Below are positions 1-10,156 of a stretch of 64,000 bases of DNA, one piece after another. The stretch is taken from contig CAWGED010000019.1 in NCBI GenBank assembly GCA_963821525.1, positions 448,001-512,000 on the forward strand, written 5' to 3'. Position 1 is the first letter of the stretch. Every line of letters starts with the position of its first letter. The notes beneath the pieces were generated by a model. The model ran no database searches. It was not told the DNA's origin and saw nothing but the letters and a program-made list of their open reading frames with translations. The position numbers were made by a program, and so were the translations under genes. This DNA is from an uncultured Gemmatimonadales bacterium. GTDB taxonomy: Bacteria; Gemmatimonadota; Gemmatimonadetes; Gemmatimonadales; GWC2-71-9.

Positions 1-105
1 CCGGAAAGCGCCGGCCTGTCGCAGCATCTGATCCACCAGGGTGGTCTTCCCGTGGTCCACGTGCGCGATGATCGCGAGATTCCGGATGTTGGCGTTCGTG
101 GACAT
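1..105 (-). CDS. typA: Translational GTPase TypA/BipA, 5' end (runs off window)
   Basis: Manual translation of reverse complement: [36 protein letters not shown]1 motif with TypA-type context. Confidence 0.9.
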   Translation of the reverse strand, partial: MSTNANIRNLAIIAHVDHGKTTLVDQMLRQAGAFR

Positions 106-190
106 CGTTTCCCATCGGTGTACGGATGCAACCTACCCCTTCGCGCGGCATATATAGATAGGCTGAGGTGCCGGGGCAAGGGCTTGGTGG

Positions 191-706
191 AAGGCGGTCA
201 GGGCGGGCGGGACGGACGGGGCGGACGCGTCAGGATGTAGCCTGATCGCGTCGGTCTGGTTTGGTGTTGGCAGTTCCTCGGTTCTACGTTGAACGGATGC
301 AGCCTTATGAGGGGATAAAGGCGTGGCAGGCATCCCACGCACTTGCCTTGGCGGTATTTCGAGCAACCCATTCCTGGCCGAGGAGCGAGCTCTACGGGAT
401 AACCGCACAGCTCAAACGAGCGGCGATTTCCGCCCCGACCAACATCGTCGAAGGTCGTGCCCGCCTGGGAAGCCGGGAGTTTCGTCGCTTCGTTGGGATC
501 AGCTTGGGGAGCTTGGCGAGGCTAGGATACACTGCTTCGATTCGCCTACGAACTGAAGATACTCGAGGAGAAAGACTGGAAACGTCTGGAGAGCTCAACG
601 GGAGAGCTGCGAGCAAGCTGACATGGCTGCTGTTGAAATCTCTCAACCGAACCGCCGCCACGCCGTCCGTCGTCCGCCTTCCCGCCTTGACCGCCCTGTC
701 CGCCTC
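191..706. repeat. Imperfect inverted arms of ~9-bp GGCGG-containing tandem units (191-227 / 661-706) flanking the four-helix-bundle gene
   Basis: AAGGCGGTCAGGGCGG...GACGGACGGGGCGGACG versus CGCCGTCCGTCGTCCGCCTTCCCGCCTTGACCGCCCTGTCCGCCT. Confidence 0.7.
297..655 (+). CDS. Four-helix-bundle protein (23S rRNA intervening-sequence protein / bAvd-like family); indels near 520-610, end approximate
   Basis: MQPYEGIKAWQASHALALAVFRATHSWPRSELYGITAQLKRAAISAPTNIVEG...EFRRFVGISLGSL matches the family pattern. Confidence 0.85.
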
Positions 707-1598
707 CCCACATCTCTCCCTCACCTCCAGCTGAACCGTCACATGCCCTATTCCCAGATCACCCATCGCCTCTCGAATCCCGCTCAAGACATCGGGATGA
801 TCGGCGAGCTCGGGCACCACCGCGTGTCCGCTCATGGCCACCATGCCGCTCGTGACCGTCCACACGTGGAGGTCGTGGACCGCGGAGACGCCGGGGACCG
901 CCAGCATGCGGCGCTGGACTTCCGGCATCGAGACGTGGCCCGGAACCGCTTCGAGCAGGATGTCGGTGCTCTCGCGGACCAGCCGCCAGGCCCCGCCCAA
1001 AATCAGTACCGCAATGAGCACGGAGATGATCGGGTCAGCCAGCGTCCAGCCGGTCGTCAGCAGGATGATCGCGGCTATCAAGGCGCCCACCGAGCCCAGC
1101 AGGTCTCCCAGAATGTGGAGGTAGGCGCCTCGGGTATTGAGATGATGCTCTCTGTCGCGGTGCAGCAGGCTGAGACCGACGGCATTCACCAGGAGGCCAG
1201 CGGCCGCCACTGCCAGGAACAATCCTCCCTGAATCGGGGCCGGGTTCCTCACCCGGTGAATTGCTTCCAGCAACGATCAGTCCCGCGATCACGAAGAGGA
1301 GCGCCCCATTGACCAGCGCCGCCAGGATTTCGAGCCGCAGGTAGCCGTAGGTCTTGGTGTCGTTCGGGGGACGCCGCGCCATGCGGGCGGTGAAGAGGGT
1401 AAGGCCCAGCGCCCCGACGTCAGTCAGCATGTGTCCGGCATCGGCCAGCAGGGCCAGGGAACCGCTCAGCCATCCGCCAACCGCCTCGACCACCATGAAG
1501 CCGCCGGTGAGCAACAGGACGGTCCATAGCCGGTCGATCGGGGGCCGGATTGCGAGGTTTTCGGCCTGCAGGTGGGAGCAGTCGGTGCGTGGGGCCAT
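643..1598 (-). CDS. Cation diffusion facilitator (CzcD/ZitB-like) transporter; frameshift ~1275, 3' end uncertain
   Basis: SLALLADAGHMLTD, TYGYLRLEILAALVN, GAYLHILGD and VHDLHVW motifs across ORFs 1035..1733 and 392..1273. Confidence 0.9.
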
Positions 1599-1640
1599 GG
1601 GATGAAAGTTAGTCGGAATCGGCAAGCTTCGTTGTCGGAG

Positions 1641-1762
1641 GTTAGACGGATAGACGGTTAGACGGTTCGACGGTTCGAACGCGAGAATCTGAATCCCTCT
1701 GAGGTTGTCCAAGCGTCCCGACGCACCGTCCACGAACCGACGAACCGTCTAACCGTCTAACC
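1641..1762. repeat. Inverted octamer tandem repeat, (TAGACGGT)n ... (ACCGTCTA)n
   Basis: Arms at 1641-1680 and ~1725-1762; hisD stop codon lies in the right arm. Confidence 0.85.
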
Positions 1763-3048
1763 CTGCCCCTGCCCTTCCACCCTGATCCTCACCGCCTCAG
1801 CATGCCCGAACAATCCCTCCGCCCGCGCCAGCGCCATGATCCGGGCCGCATCGTCGTGGAGGCGGTTCCTGGTATAGTAGATCATGCTGGTCCGCTTCAC
1901 GAAGTCGTACACGCCAAGCGGGGACGCATACCGTGCGGTCCCTCCCGTGGGCAGAACGTGACTCGGCCCGGCGAGATAATCCCCGACTGGTTCAGGCGTA
2001 TCCTCTCCCATGAAAATCGCCCCGGCGTGCCGCACACCCTGCGCGATTCCCTCCGCGTCGCGGGCGATGATCTGCACGTGCTCGGCCGCGCGCAGATTCG
2101 CCACCTCGATCGCGTCACGCATCGAAGGGACCCAGATCACCAATCCATGCCGGCGCAAGGACTCGCCCGCAATCTGGGCTCGGCGGGTTTCGAGCCAGAC
2201 AGGCTTCGAGCGCGGCCGGCAGATTTGTCCGCCAGCTGGTGATCGGTGGTCACACACCAGGCCGTCGCCTCCTCATCATGCTCCGCCTGCGCCACCATAT
2301 CTGCCGCGACCTGAGCGACATTGGCAGTGGAGTCCGCGATGATGAGCACTTCGGTGGGCCCCGCCATCATGTCCACGCCGACCAGTCCGGTGATTTGACG
2401 CTTGGCCTCGGTCACCCACTTGTTTCCCGGTCCAACGACCTTGTCTACTCGCGGAATCGTGCGAGTTCCGAACGCGAGCGCCGCGATCGCCTGAGCGCCC
2501 CCGATGCGGAAGAGCCGTGTCACTCCGGCCAGAGAGCAGGCCGCCAGCACGGCATCGGTGATGCCTCCAGGAGGCGTCACGGCGATGATCTCTTCGACTC
2601 CAGCGACCGATGCTGGCACCACGTTCATGATGACGGTGGAGGGATACGCCGCCTTCCCCCCGGGCACGTAGACCCCAACCCGATCCAGCGGATTGACCCG
2701 CATGCCGAGCAGGCTGCCATCTTCCTGCAGCAGGGTAAAGCCGATGTCGCGCTGCTTCTTGTGAAAGGCTCCTACCCGCTCGACCGCCGTTTCCAGCGCC
2801 TCCCGTAACTCGAGATCGATCCGGTCCAGCGCGTTGTCCCATTCCTCGCGGGGAATTTCCCAGCTGGACGGCTCGAGATCGGTTCCGTCGAGTTTCGAGA
2901 TCCATTGCCGGACACCGGCATCTCCCCGCTCGGCGACGTCGGCCAGGATCCGCCGCACCTGCTCCCGGGTCTCCCCGTCAACCTCTGATGGTTTCGGGAG
3001 ATACGGCGTGAGGCTGTCGAGCGGCGGAACCGCGATTTGACGAATCAT
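1757..3048 (-). CDS. hisD: Histidinol dehydrogenase; frameshift ~2215
   Basis: GVYVPGGKAAYPS, GPGNKWV, AGPTE, AQAEHD, GDYLAGPSHVLPTGG and EGLFGHA motifs. Confidence 0.95.
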
Positions 3049-3093
3049 CTGCCTCCCTCGCGAGTGGGAGAATTCGGCGCTAGTCTTCCCGCT

Positions 3094-4416
3094 ATGGAAA
3101 CGTCGTGGAGTACGACACTGACCGGCCTTGCCGCGGTCGTCATTCTGGTTGCCCTCAATGCGTTCTTCGTGGCCGCCGAGTTCGCGCTGGTAGGCTCGCG
3201 CAAGACCAAGCTTGAGGAAATGATCCAGGCTGGCGATCAACGGGCGGCATTGGCGCAACGCGTCAAAACATCGCTGAACCGCTACATCTCCGCTACCCAA
3301 TTGGGGATCACTCTCACCTCGCTCGGCTTGGGCTGGGTGGGCGAACCGGCGCTCGCTGGACTCATCAGTCGTGCCATGACCTGGCTTCCCGATCGAGCCC
3401 AGATTGTCGCTACCCACGCCGTAGCCGCGACCATCGCGTTCATCCTGATCTCGATGCTGCACATCGTGCTTGGTGAGCTGGTGCCCAAGGCGTTCGCACT
3501 GCTCTATCCCGAAAAGGTCGCTCGGTGGACCACGCCTCCGCTGATGGCCTTCAATTGGACCATGGCGGTTCCCATCAGGCTCCTGAATGGGATGTCGAAC
3601 CGGTTGCTCAAGCTGATGCACATTGTGCGGCCCCTGGAGCACGAGCGGCTCCATTCCCCCGACGAAATCCGGATCCTGGTCGAGCAGAGCCAGGAGGGAG
3701 GGTCGCTCGGCAAGGAAGACGCACGACTCCTCGAGGGCGTCTTCGAGTTCAGCGAGAAGACCGCCCAGGAAGTCATGACGCCCCGCACCCAGATGATCGG
3801 GCTGGAGCGGGAGCTGACGGTGGAGCAGGCGGCGGACGAGGTGGCCCAGGCCAAGCGGTCGCGCTATCCGGTCTATGCCGAGTCGCTGGACGACATCGTG
3901 GGCGTCGTCCACGCGAAGGATATTCTCACCGCCGTCCGTCAGGCCCCCGGCACGACGGTCGCGAGCATCATGCGGGCGCCGTTGTTCGTGCCGGGCACCC
4001 GGGAGGTCGAGGACGTCCTGGCCGACATGAAGCGCCTCAAGGTCCACCTCGCCATCGTGCTCGATGAGTACGGCGGGACGGCGGGTCTCGTCACGATGGA
4101 AGACCTGCTGGAGGAGATCGTCGGGGACATCTACGACGAATACGATCGCCAGGAGCGGAAACCTTCGCCCGCCGAGGGAGCCCCGTTGCTGTCCGGATCG
4201 TTGCCGCTCAGCGAGTTCAACGCCGAGTACGATCGAGAGCTCGACGACACCGAATACACCACCCTCGGCGGCTACCTCTTCGGCCAGCTGGGGCGGCTGC
4301 CCCGCGCGGGAGACCGGATGTCGGTGGGAGACGATGTCTTCGAGATCGTCGAGATGGAGGGTCGCCGGGTCAAGACCGTGAGGTATCTGCGCGGCGCTGG
4401 AGCGACCACGACGTGA
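3094..4416 (+). CDS. Hemolysin/CNNM family protein (DUF21 + CBS pair + CorC)
   Basis: LNAFFVAAEFALV, QLGIT, GELVPK, SRYPV, DEYGGTAGLVTMEDLLEEIVG. Confidence 0.93.
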   Translation: METSWSTTLTGLAAVVILVALNAFFVAAEFALVGSRKTKLEEMIQAGDQRAALAQRVKTSLNRYISATQLGITLTSLGLGWVGEPALAGLISRAMTWLPDRAQIVATHAVAATIAFILISMLHIVLGELVPKAFALLYPEKVARWTTPPLMAFNWTMAVPIRLLNGMSNRLLKLMHIVRPLEHERLHSPDEIRILVEQSQEGGSLGKEDARLLEGVFEFSEKTAQEVMTPRTQMIGLERELTVEQAADEVAQAKRSRYPVYAESLDDIVGVVHAKDILTAVRQAPGTTVASIMRAPLFVPGTREVEDVLADMKRLKVHLAIVLDEYGGTAGLVTMEDLLEEIVGDIYDEYDRQERKPSPAEGAPLLSGSLPLSEFNAEYDRELDDTEYTTLGGYLFGQLGRLPRAGDRMSVGDDVFEIVEMEGRRVKTVRYLRGAGATTT

Positions 4417-5379
4417 CCCAGGCGCCGATTCCCCCCGGCGCCCTGGATCGAAGCGGTCCCGCCGCAGCCAGCCGTCGCCGTCTTCAGCGCGCGGCCCTCG
4501 AGATCTTCGGAGCGGCTGGCTACGAAGAGCTCGATTCCACCCGTCTTCGAATACGAGGATGTCTTTCTCCGTGCCGGCGGACCCGAGGTCGGCGAGCGGC
4601 TCATCCGGTTCATCGATCGCGACGGCCGCGTGCTGGCGTTGCGCTATGACTTCACCGCGAGCATCGCGCGCGTTGCCGCGACCACGTTCGCCCAGGCGTC
4701 GAATCCTCTGCGGCTCTGCTACGCGGGCGGGGTATTTCGCCAGGAGCCGGAACGCGGCAACCGTCCGAGGGAAACGCTTCAGGCTGGTGCCGAGTTGCTT
4801 GGTGAGAGCGGCCTCGATGCCGACATCGAGATCGTCCGGCTGACCCTGGAGTTGGCGCGAAGTGCGGGCCTCAAGGAATTCCAGCTCAATCTGGGTCACG
4901 CCGAGGTGCTCTCCGGCGGGCTCGCCGCCATTGCTCCGGATCAGCGCACTGCCATCCGGCACTGGATCGATCGGAAGGACCGCGGCAACCTCACCCGCGC
5001 ACTGGACCGCGCGACACCCGAGGCTCGCGCCCTCCTCAGTCTCCCCTTCGTGATCGGACGGCGGGCCGCGCTTGAGGCAGCCTTGCGTAGCGCGCCTCAG
5101 ACTGCGCGTCCTGGTCTCGAGTCACTTCTCGCCCTCGACGCGAGACTCTCCCACGAGGACCGCAGGCACGTCGTGTACGACTTGGGAGAGGTCCGCGGAC
5201 TCGACTACTACACCGGGATCCACTTCGAATTGTTCATCGCCGGCACCGGAAGGGCCGCGGGCGCCGGGGGCCGCTATGACGATCTGATGGGGCGGTTCGG
5301 CCGGGCGCGGCCGGCGGTCGGCGTCTCGCTCGATCTCGACACTATCGCCGAGGCCATCGCGGCCGCCGGGGCAACGTGA
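4413..5379 (+). CDS. hisZ: ATP phosphoribosyltransferase regulatory subunit; frameshift ~4540
   Basis: LALRYDFTASIAR, RETLQAGAELLG, YYTG and GGRYDDL; HisRS-like fold without anticodon domain, directly upstream of short hisG. Confidence 0.9.
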
Positions 5380-6012
5380 GCAAGCTCCGAATCGCGCTAC
5401 CCAAGGGCCGGCTCTACGACGCTGCGGTCGATTGCTTCCGCCAGGCTGGCATCACGCTCGACCCGGATCCGGGCCGTCGCCTTCTCATTCCATCCAGCGT
5501 TCCCGGTATCGAATTCCTCGCGGTGCGACCGGGCGACGTCCCCGTGTATGTCGAGGCTGGCGCCGCGGATCTCGGGATAACCGGCACCGACGTCTTGCGG
5601 GAATCCGACGCGGATGTGCTGGAACCGCTGGATCTCAAGTTCGGCTTTTGCCGGCTCGTCGTGGCTACCCCGGCAGAGATGGAGTGGCCCAACCTGCCGG
5701 GCGGCGTCACCCCACGAGTTGCGACCAAGTATCCCCGGATCGCGTGGCGCCACTTCGGCGATCAAGGGCGGCCGGTTGAGATCATCACCGTCGGAGGGTC
5801 GGTGGAGGTCGCTCCCCTACTGGGATTGTCTCACTGGATCGTGGACCTGGTCGACACGGGAAATACGTTGCGTGCCAATGGTCTCACGGAGCGTGAGACG
5901 ATCCTCGAGTGCACTGCGGTCCTCGTCGCCAATCGGGCGAGCCAGAAGCTGAAGCTGGACGAGCACCTGAGACTCATGGACCGGATCGAGCGCGGCCGCT
6001 CAGAGTTCATGA
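5376..6012 (+). CDS. hisG: ATP phosphoribosyltransferase, short form; true stop probably ~6012 (ORF as given extends to 6152)
   Basis: LRIALPKGRL, DVPVYVEAGAADLGITG, VATKYP, GSVEVAP, IVDLVDTGNTLRANGL. Confidence 0.93.
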
Positions 6013-6936
6013 AGCGAGACGTTTCCGGGCCAGATGAATGGCAAGCTCCACCGCCGCCCGCATGCTGCCGGGATCGGCGCGGCCGGTGCCCGCGATGTCC
6101 AGGGCGGTTCCGTGATCGGGAGAAGTGCGGGGGAATGGGAGGCCCAGAGTGACGTTCACTCCGCGGCCGAACGCGGCGACCTTGATCGCCGTCATGCCAA
6201 CATCGTGGTAGGGTGCCAGCACCGCGTCGAACTCTCCGCGCATCGCCCGAACGAAGACGGTGTCGGCCGGCAGCGGGCCGTCGGCGCCCAGCGCGCGTGC
6301 GGCGGGCGCGAGCACCCGCTCGTCCTCATCTCCGAAGAGTCCTGACTCTCCCGCGTGGGGATTCAGGGCACAGACCGCGAGACGCGGCGTCGCGATGCCC
6401 CACCAGCCGCGAAGAGCGGCGGCCGCGATCTGGCCGGTCCGGACCACGCGCTCGGTGGTAACCAGCTCGGGCACCGACCGCAGCGGGACGTGAGTCGTCA
6501 CCAGCACGACGCGCAGCTCCTCCGCGGCGAGCATCATCGCGACCTCGACGTCTCCCGCGAGGTGCGCCAGCCACTCCGTGTGCCCCGGATAGGCAAAGCC
6601 CGCGAGGCGCAGCGCGTGCTTGTGGGCGGGGGCGGTGACGATCGCGTCCACTTCCTTCGCTATCGCGAGCCGGGCCGCGGTCTCTACTCCATGGCCAGCG
6701 ATTCGCCCCGCTCGGGCCGCCCGGCCCCGCTCCGCCGCGCCGGTGCCCTCGCCCGATCCCTGATCCCAGTTCCCCACCGGGATCTTCCGAGCCGCCGGAA
6801 GGCTCGCGATCTGATCCTCGGCGCCAATGAGCGTAACGTCCGCCTCGATCCCCTGGGCGAGAACCTTGGCGGTAATCTCGGGCCCGATGCCGCGCGGGTC
6901 TCCCAGCGTGATGGCGATCCGTGGACGGGAAGTCAT
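6007..6936 (-). CDS. pdxA: 4-hydroxythreonine-4-phosphate dehydrogenase
   Basis: IAITLGDPRGIGPE, GHTE, LNPHAGE, GPLPADT, YHD and RTSPDHGTA motifs. Confidence 0.95.
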   Translation of the reverse strand: MTSRPRIAITLGDPRGIGPEITAKVLAQGIEADVTLIGAEDQIASLPAARKIPVGNWDQGSGEGTGAAERGRAARAGRIAGHGVETAARLAIAKEVDAIVTAPAHKHALRLAGFAYPGHTEWLAHLAGDVEVAMMLAAEELRVVLVTTHVPLRSVPELVTTERVVRTGQIAAAALRGWWGIATPRLAVCALNPHAGESGLFGDEDERVLAPAARALGADGPLPADTVFVRAMRGEFDAVLAPYHDVGMTAIKVAAFGRGVNVTLGLPFPRTSPDHGTALDIAGTGRADPGSMRAAVELAIHLARKRLAS

Positions 6937-6952
6937 TGCAAGGAAGTAAAGC

Positions 6953-7191
6953 GGGAACAGGGAACAGGGAACAGGGAACAGGGGACGGTGAACGGGGGGA
7001 CGCCAACGAAGTAGAACCACCTCATCCGAGAGCTCGCCCCGAGCGCAGCGAGGGGAGCGAAGCGAGGAGGGATCTAGCTTCCTGACCACGGAGTCTGGGA
7101 TAGGATACCAGATCCCTCGCTTCCGCTCGGGATGAGGTGGTCCGACTCGCTCATCTCCGCTCCCGTTCCCTGTTCCCTCTTCCCTGTTCCC
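6953..7191. repeat. Inverted heptamer tandem repeat (GGGAACA)4 ... (TGTTCCC)4 enclosing a REP-like palindrome at 7016-7141
   Basis: Arms at 6953-6980 and 7164-7191; inner ACCACCTCATCCGAG...GAGGGATCT / AGATCCCTC...CTCGGGATGAGGTGGT. Confidence 0.9.
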
Positions 7192-7201
7192 GCTGTTGTC
7201 T

Positions 7202-8657
7202 CTACAGTCGCATATCGACGTACGTCGATCGCCGGAGCTTGTCGATGTAGTGGCGCACCGCCAGCTCGTCGCCCAGCCGCTTTCGGATCGCGTCGCGCAC
7301 ATCCTCGTACCGGATGGTGCCGGCAGGGCGGCGCCTGGTCACCTGAAGAACCGCATACTTCTGCCGCAGACCCTGCTGCTTCTGCAGGGAGAAGACCGGG
7401 ACCACCACGCTCGAATCCGACTCGCCGATGCCGTCCTTGTATTCGTCCGGCAGCTGATTCACCGGCACGTCGTCCGCCGCCTTTTCTTCGGAGGGATCGT
7501 GGTAGAGTCGTTGGAGCGAGTCGAACGCCCCACCATTTTTCAGTTCTGCCCGGATCTGTTCGGCGAGTGCCTTGGCGCTGTCGGCATTCTCCTGGGTGAT
7601 CTCCGGCATGATCAGGATGTGACGGGCTTGCACTTCGGCCGGCTGAACCCGCTGGACCTGGATGATGTGAAACCCAAAGGGTGTCTCGACCGGATCGGAG
7701 ATGGTCCCGGGTTTGAGCGAGAATGCCACCTGCTCGAACTCCGGGACCATGGTCCCCCGCCGGAACCAGTTCAGCTCGCCCCCCTGCTCCTTCGAGGCCG
7801 GGTCCATGGAGAAACGCTTGGCCGCGGTGCCGAAGTCGGCGCCGTGCCGCAGTTCGCGAGCGATCGAGTCCGCGGTCGCGTGCGCTCGCTCGCGAGCCTC
7901 CGGTGAAGGCTTGGGTGCGACGACGATATTGCGGAAGGAGACCGTAGCCGGCCGCTCGCCCAGCTGGCCCTTCTGCGCATCGAAATAGTCTCGCATCTCG
8001 CGCTCGGTGGGCTGAACCGCCTTGATCTTGCCGTCGCTCTTCATCTTGTCGATCAGCCGGTTCTGGAGCGCGGCGCGACGCTGCTGGTCGGTCAGCCAGC
8101 GGCGATACTCCTCGGGAGTCTGGAAGCCGGCCTTCTTCAGCTCGTTGCGGTAATCGACCTCCGAGGTGAACTTCCCGCGGATGTTCTTGATCTGCTCCTC
8201 GACACCGTCGGACACTTCCTGATCGGTCACCTTGATCGCGGTATCCCGGGTCGCCTGCTGGACCAGCACCTCGACATCCACGATTCGGGAGAGTGCCGCG
8301 CGACACATGCTGAGAAGCTCCTGCGGATTGCTCGGCGCCGGAGCTCCCTGGGCCCGTTGGGAATAAATCTCTTCCTCCAGCTGAGACGACATCACCGGCG
8401 CATCGCCCACGACCGCGATTACCCGGTCAACCGCGTTAGTGGTGTCGCAGCGGGCGATCGGCTGATTGTCCCCGGCGTTCACGCTGTCCTGCGGGGTCAG
8501 GCCGTTCGGCGCCCGGACGCTGTCCCGAGGAGAAGGTGTCCTGACCGATCAAGCTGTCTGTCGTGCTCACGCTGTCCTGAGCGGACATCGGTCCGGCGCC
8601 CGCGGAGACCGCGAGCGCGAACAGACAGAGACCCTTCAACCACCGGCGAGTACTCAA
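7202..8657 (-). CDS. surA: SurA-like periplasmic chaperone / parvulin PPIase; frameshift ~8500
   Basis: Signal peptide in ORF 8436..8657; VDRVIAVVG SurA N-domain; SMDPASKEQGGELNW and PVETPFGFHIIQV parvulin motifs; adjacent to pdxA. Confidence 0.85.
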
Positions 8658-10105
8658 GGCGCTTTCCTGGCCGCGCTATCTGAAGGAACCGGAACCGCGG
8701 CTGGAGGAGTTGGAGGATTCTTCTTCGCGCCAGAGTCCGAAGCGGCTTTCGCCGCCTTGAGATCCCGGGTCTGCTCGAGCGCCTCCTGAAGGGCTGCGTC
8801 ATTGATCCTGAACGAAGCATGCTCCCGCAGGGAGGCGCTCAGAGCCGGTGGCAAAGGCCGCGGGCGAGAGGCTCCGCTCGCGATCTTGTTCCACACTGCG
8901 TCGAGCCTCAACTGCGCCATCTTCTGGCGCTCGGGCAACGGGATGGTGGAGTCGGTGATGTCGGGCCCGGCCAGATCGAGGCCCGCCTTCAGGCTATCAA
9001 TCTGGGCCTGATACTTCTGCATGACACCGCTCCATTCCTCGGCGCTGAGATGAATTCCGGCGGAATCGGCCTGCCGGAGCAGAAGCGTGTTCTGTCCGAT
9101 CACCTTGGCGAACTGGGTCAGCGCCGAGTCGTTCGCCTGTTGCAGCTGTGCCGCGAACTGCGGACCCAGAGCCGTCGCCCACCGCATGTAATCGGCAACC
9201 GTCAACTCGCCCCCTTGATAGCTGGCCACCCGCTCCGTCGACCGGAAGGACTTGTTGCGGTCGAGGAATGCGGCCCGCATCAGCTTCGGCGCCTCTCCGG
9301 ACACATCCAGCTTCCGCGCCGTGGACAGGCTGTCGAGGTACATCGAGTCGAGACGCACTCCCGCGCGCTCCTGCAGGTAGGCCAGGAGCTGGGGCCGGAC
9401 TTCGTCGAGAGGGGGACGCCGGATGATGTGATAACCGAACGGCGTCTCGATCAGCCCGGCGATAGCTCCGGGAGCCAGCGACCACCCCGCACTATCGAAG
9501 GCGGTCACGAACCGGCCTCGAGGGCTGGGCGGCAGATAGCCGTTGTGGTTCTTGCTGGAGTAGTCGTCGCTCAGCTGCGTAGCGAGAGTGCCGAAATTTG
9601 CTCCCCCGTGGATCTTGGCCAGGGTGGCAACCCCCTTCTTCCGCTGCGCCTCGCGCACCGGCGGCTCGGCATGCTGGTCAACCTTGAAGAGGATGTGCTG
9701 CAGTACCCGGATCTGATCCGCCTGGTAGACGCTGTCCGACTTGGTCGAGTCCATGGGGGCACGGTGCGCCATCAGCGTATCGTGCCACCGCTGCCCGATC
9801 ATCTCGGTGATCTCCGGCCACAGCACTTCCGACGCCCGCGCGGAATCCGCGAGGTTCTCCCCCGCCGCAACGGCGTGGGCGAAAAGAGTGTGGTCAACCC
9901 AGAGATTGGCGAGGAATTGTTCGGCCTCGAGGGTTACCGGGAAACCCTTGATCGTGCTCGCCATGTTGGCCAGCCGCTCGACCGTCAGCTCCTGACCCGC
10001 CGCCTCGGCCGCAACGGTCGGCCGGATGCTGAACGCGTCTTTCATGTTCGAGCAACTGGCCGCTCCGGCCAGGAGGACAACCAACCAGAATCCGATACGC
10101 TTCAC
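8654..10105 (-). CDS. PpiC-type peptidyl-prolyl isomerase lipoprotein
   Basis: Lipobox-like AASC; HILFK, LSDD and IETPFGYHIIR parvulin motifs. Confidence 0.85.
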   Translation of the reverse strand: MKRIGFWLVVLLAGAASCSNMKDAFSIRPTVAAEAAGQELTVERLANMASTIKGFPVTLEAEQFLANLWVDHTLFAHAVAAGENLADSARASEVLWPEITEMIGQRWHDTLMAHRAPMDSTKSDSVYQADQIRVLQHILFKVDQHAEPPVREAQRKKGVATLAKIHGGANFGTLATQLSDDYSSKNHNGYLPPSPRGRFVTAFDSAGWSLAPGAIAGLIETPFGYHIIRRPPLDEVRPQLLAYLQERAGVRLDSMYLDSLSTARKLDVSGEAPKLMRAAFLDRNKSFRSTERVASYQGGELTVADYMRWATALGPQFAAQLQQANDSALTQFAKVIGQNTLLLRQADSAGIHLSAEEWSGVMQKYQAQIDSLKAGLDLAGPDITDSTIPLPERQKMAQLRLDAVWNKIASGASRPRPLPPALSASLREHASFRINDAALQEALEQTRDLKAAKAASDSGAKKNPPTPPAAVPVPSDSAARKAP

Positions 10106-10156
10106 TCAACACTCCATTGGTGAGATTGGTCTACCAACCGCGTCGATTCGCTGTTC

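Noticed and set aside
297..655. Diversity-generating retroelement implied by the Avd-like gene
   Set aside because: No reverse transcriptase and no TR/VR repeat pair seen in the window
2137..4962. 941-aa and other long antisense ORFs (e.g. 19818-21392, 39791-41314, 34634-35941)
   Set aside because: Shadow ORFs of high-GC coding strands; only the hisD part of 2137..4962 is real
6007..6152. 146-bp convergent overlap between hisG and pdxA
   Set aside because: A TGA at 6010-6012 is one base out of frame and short-form HisG is complete by then; likely an indel
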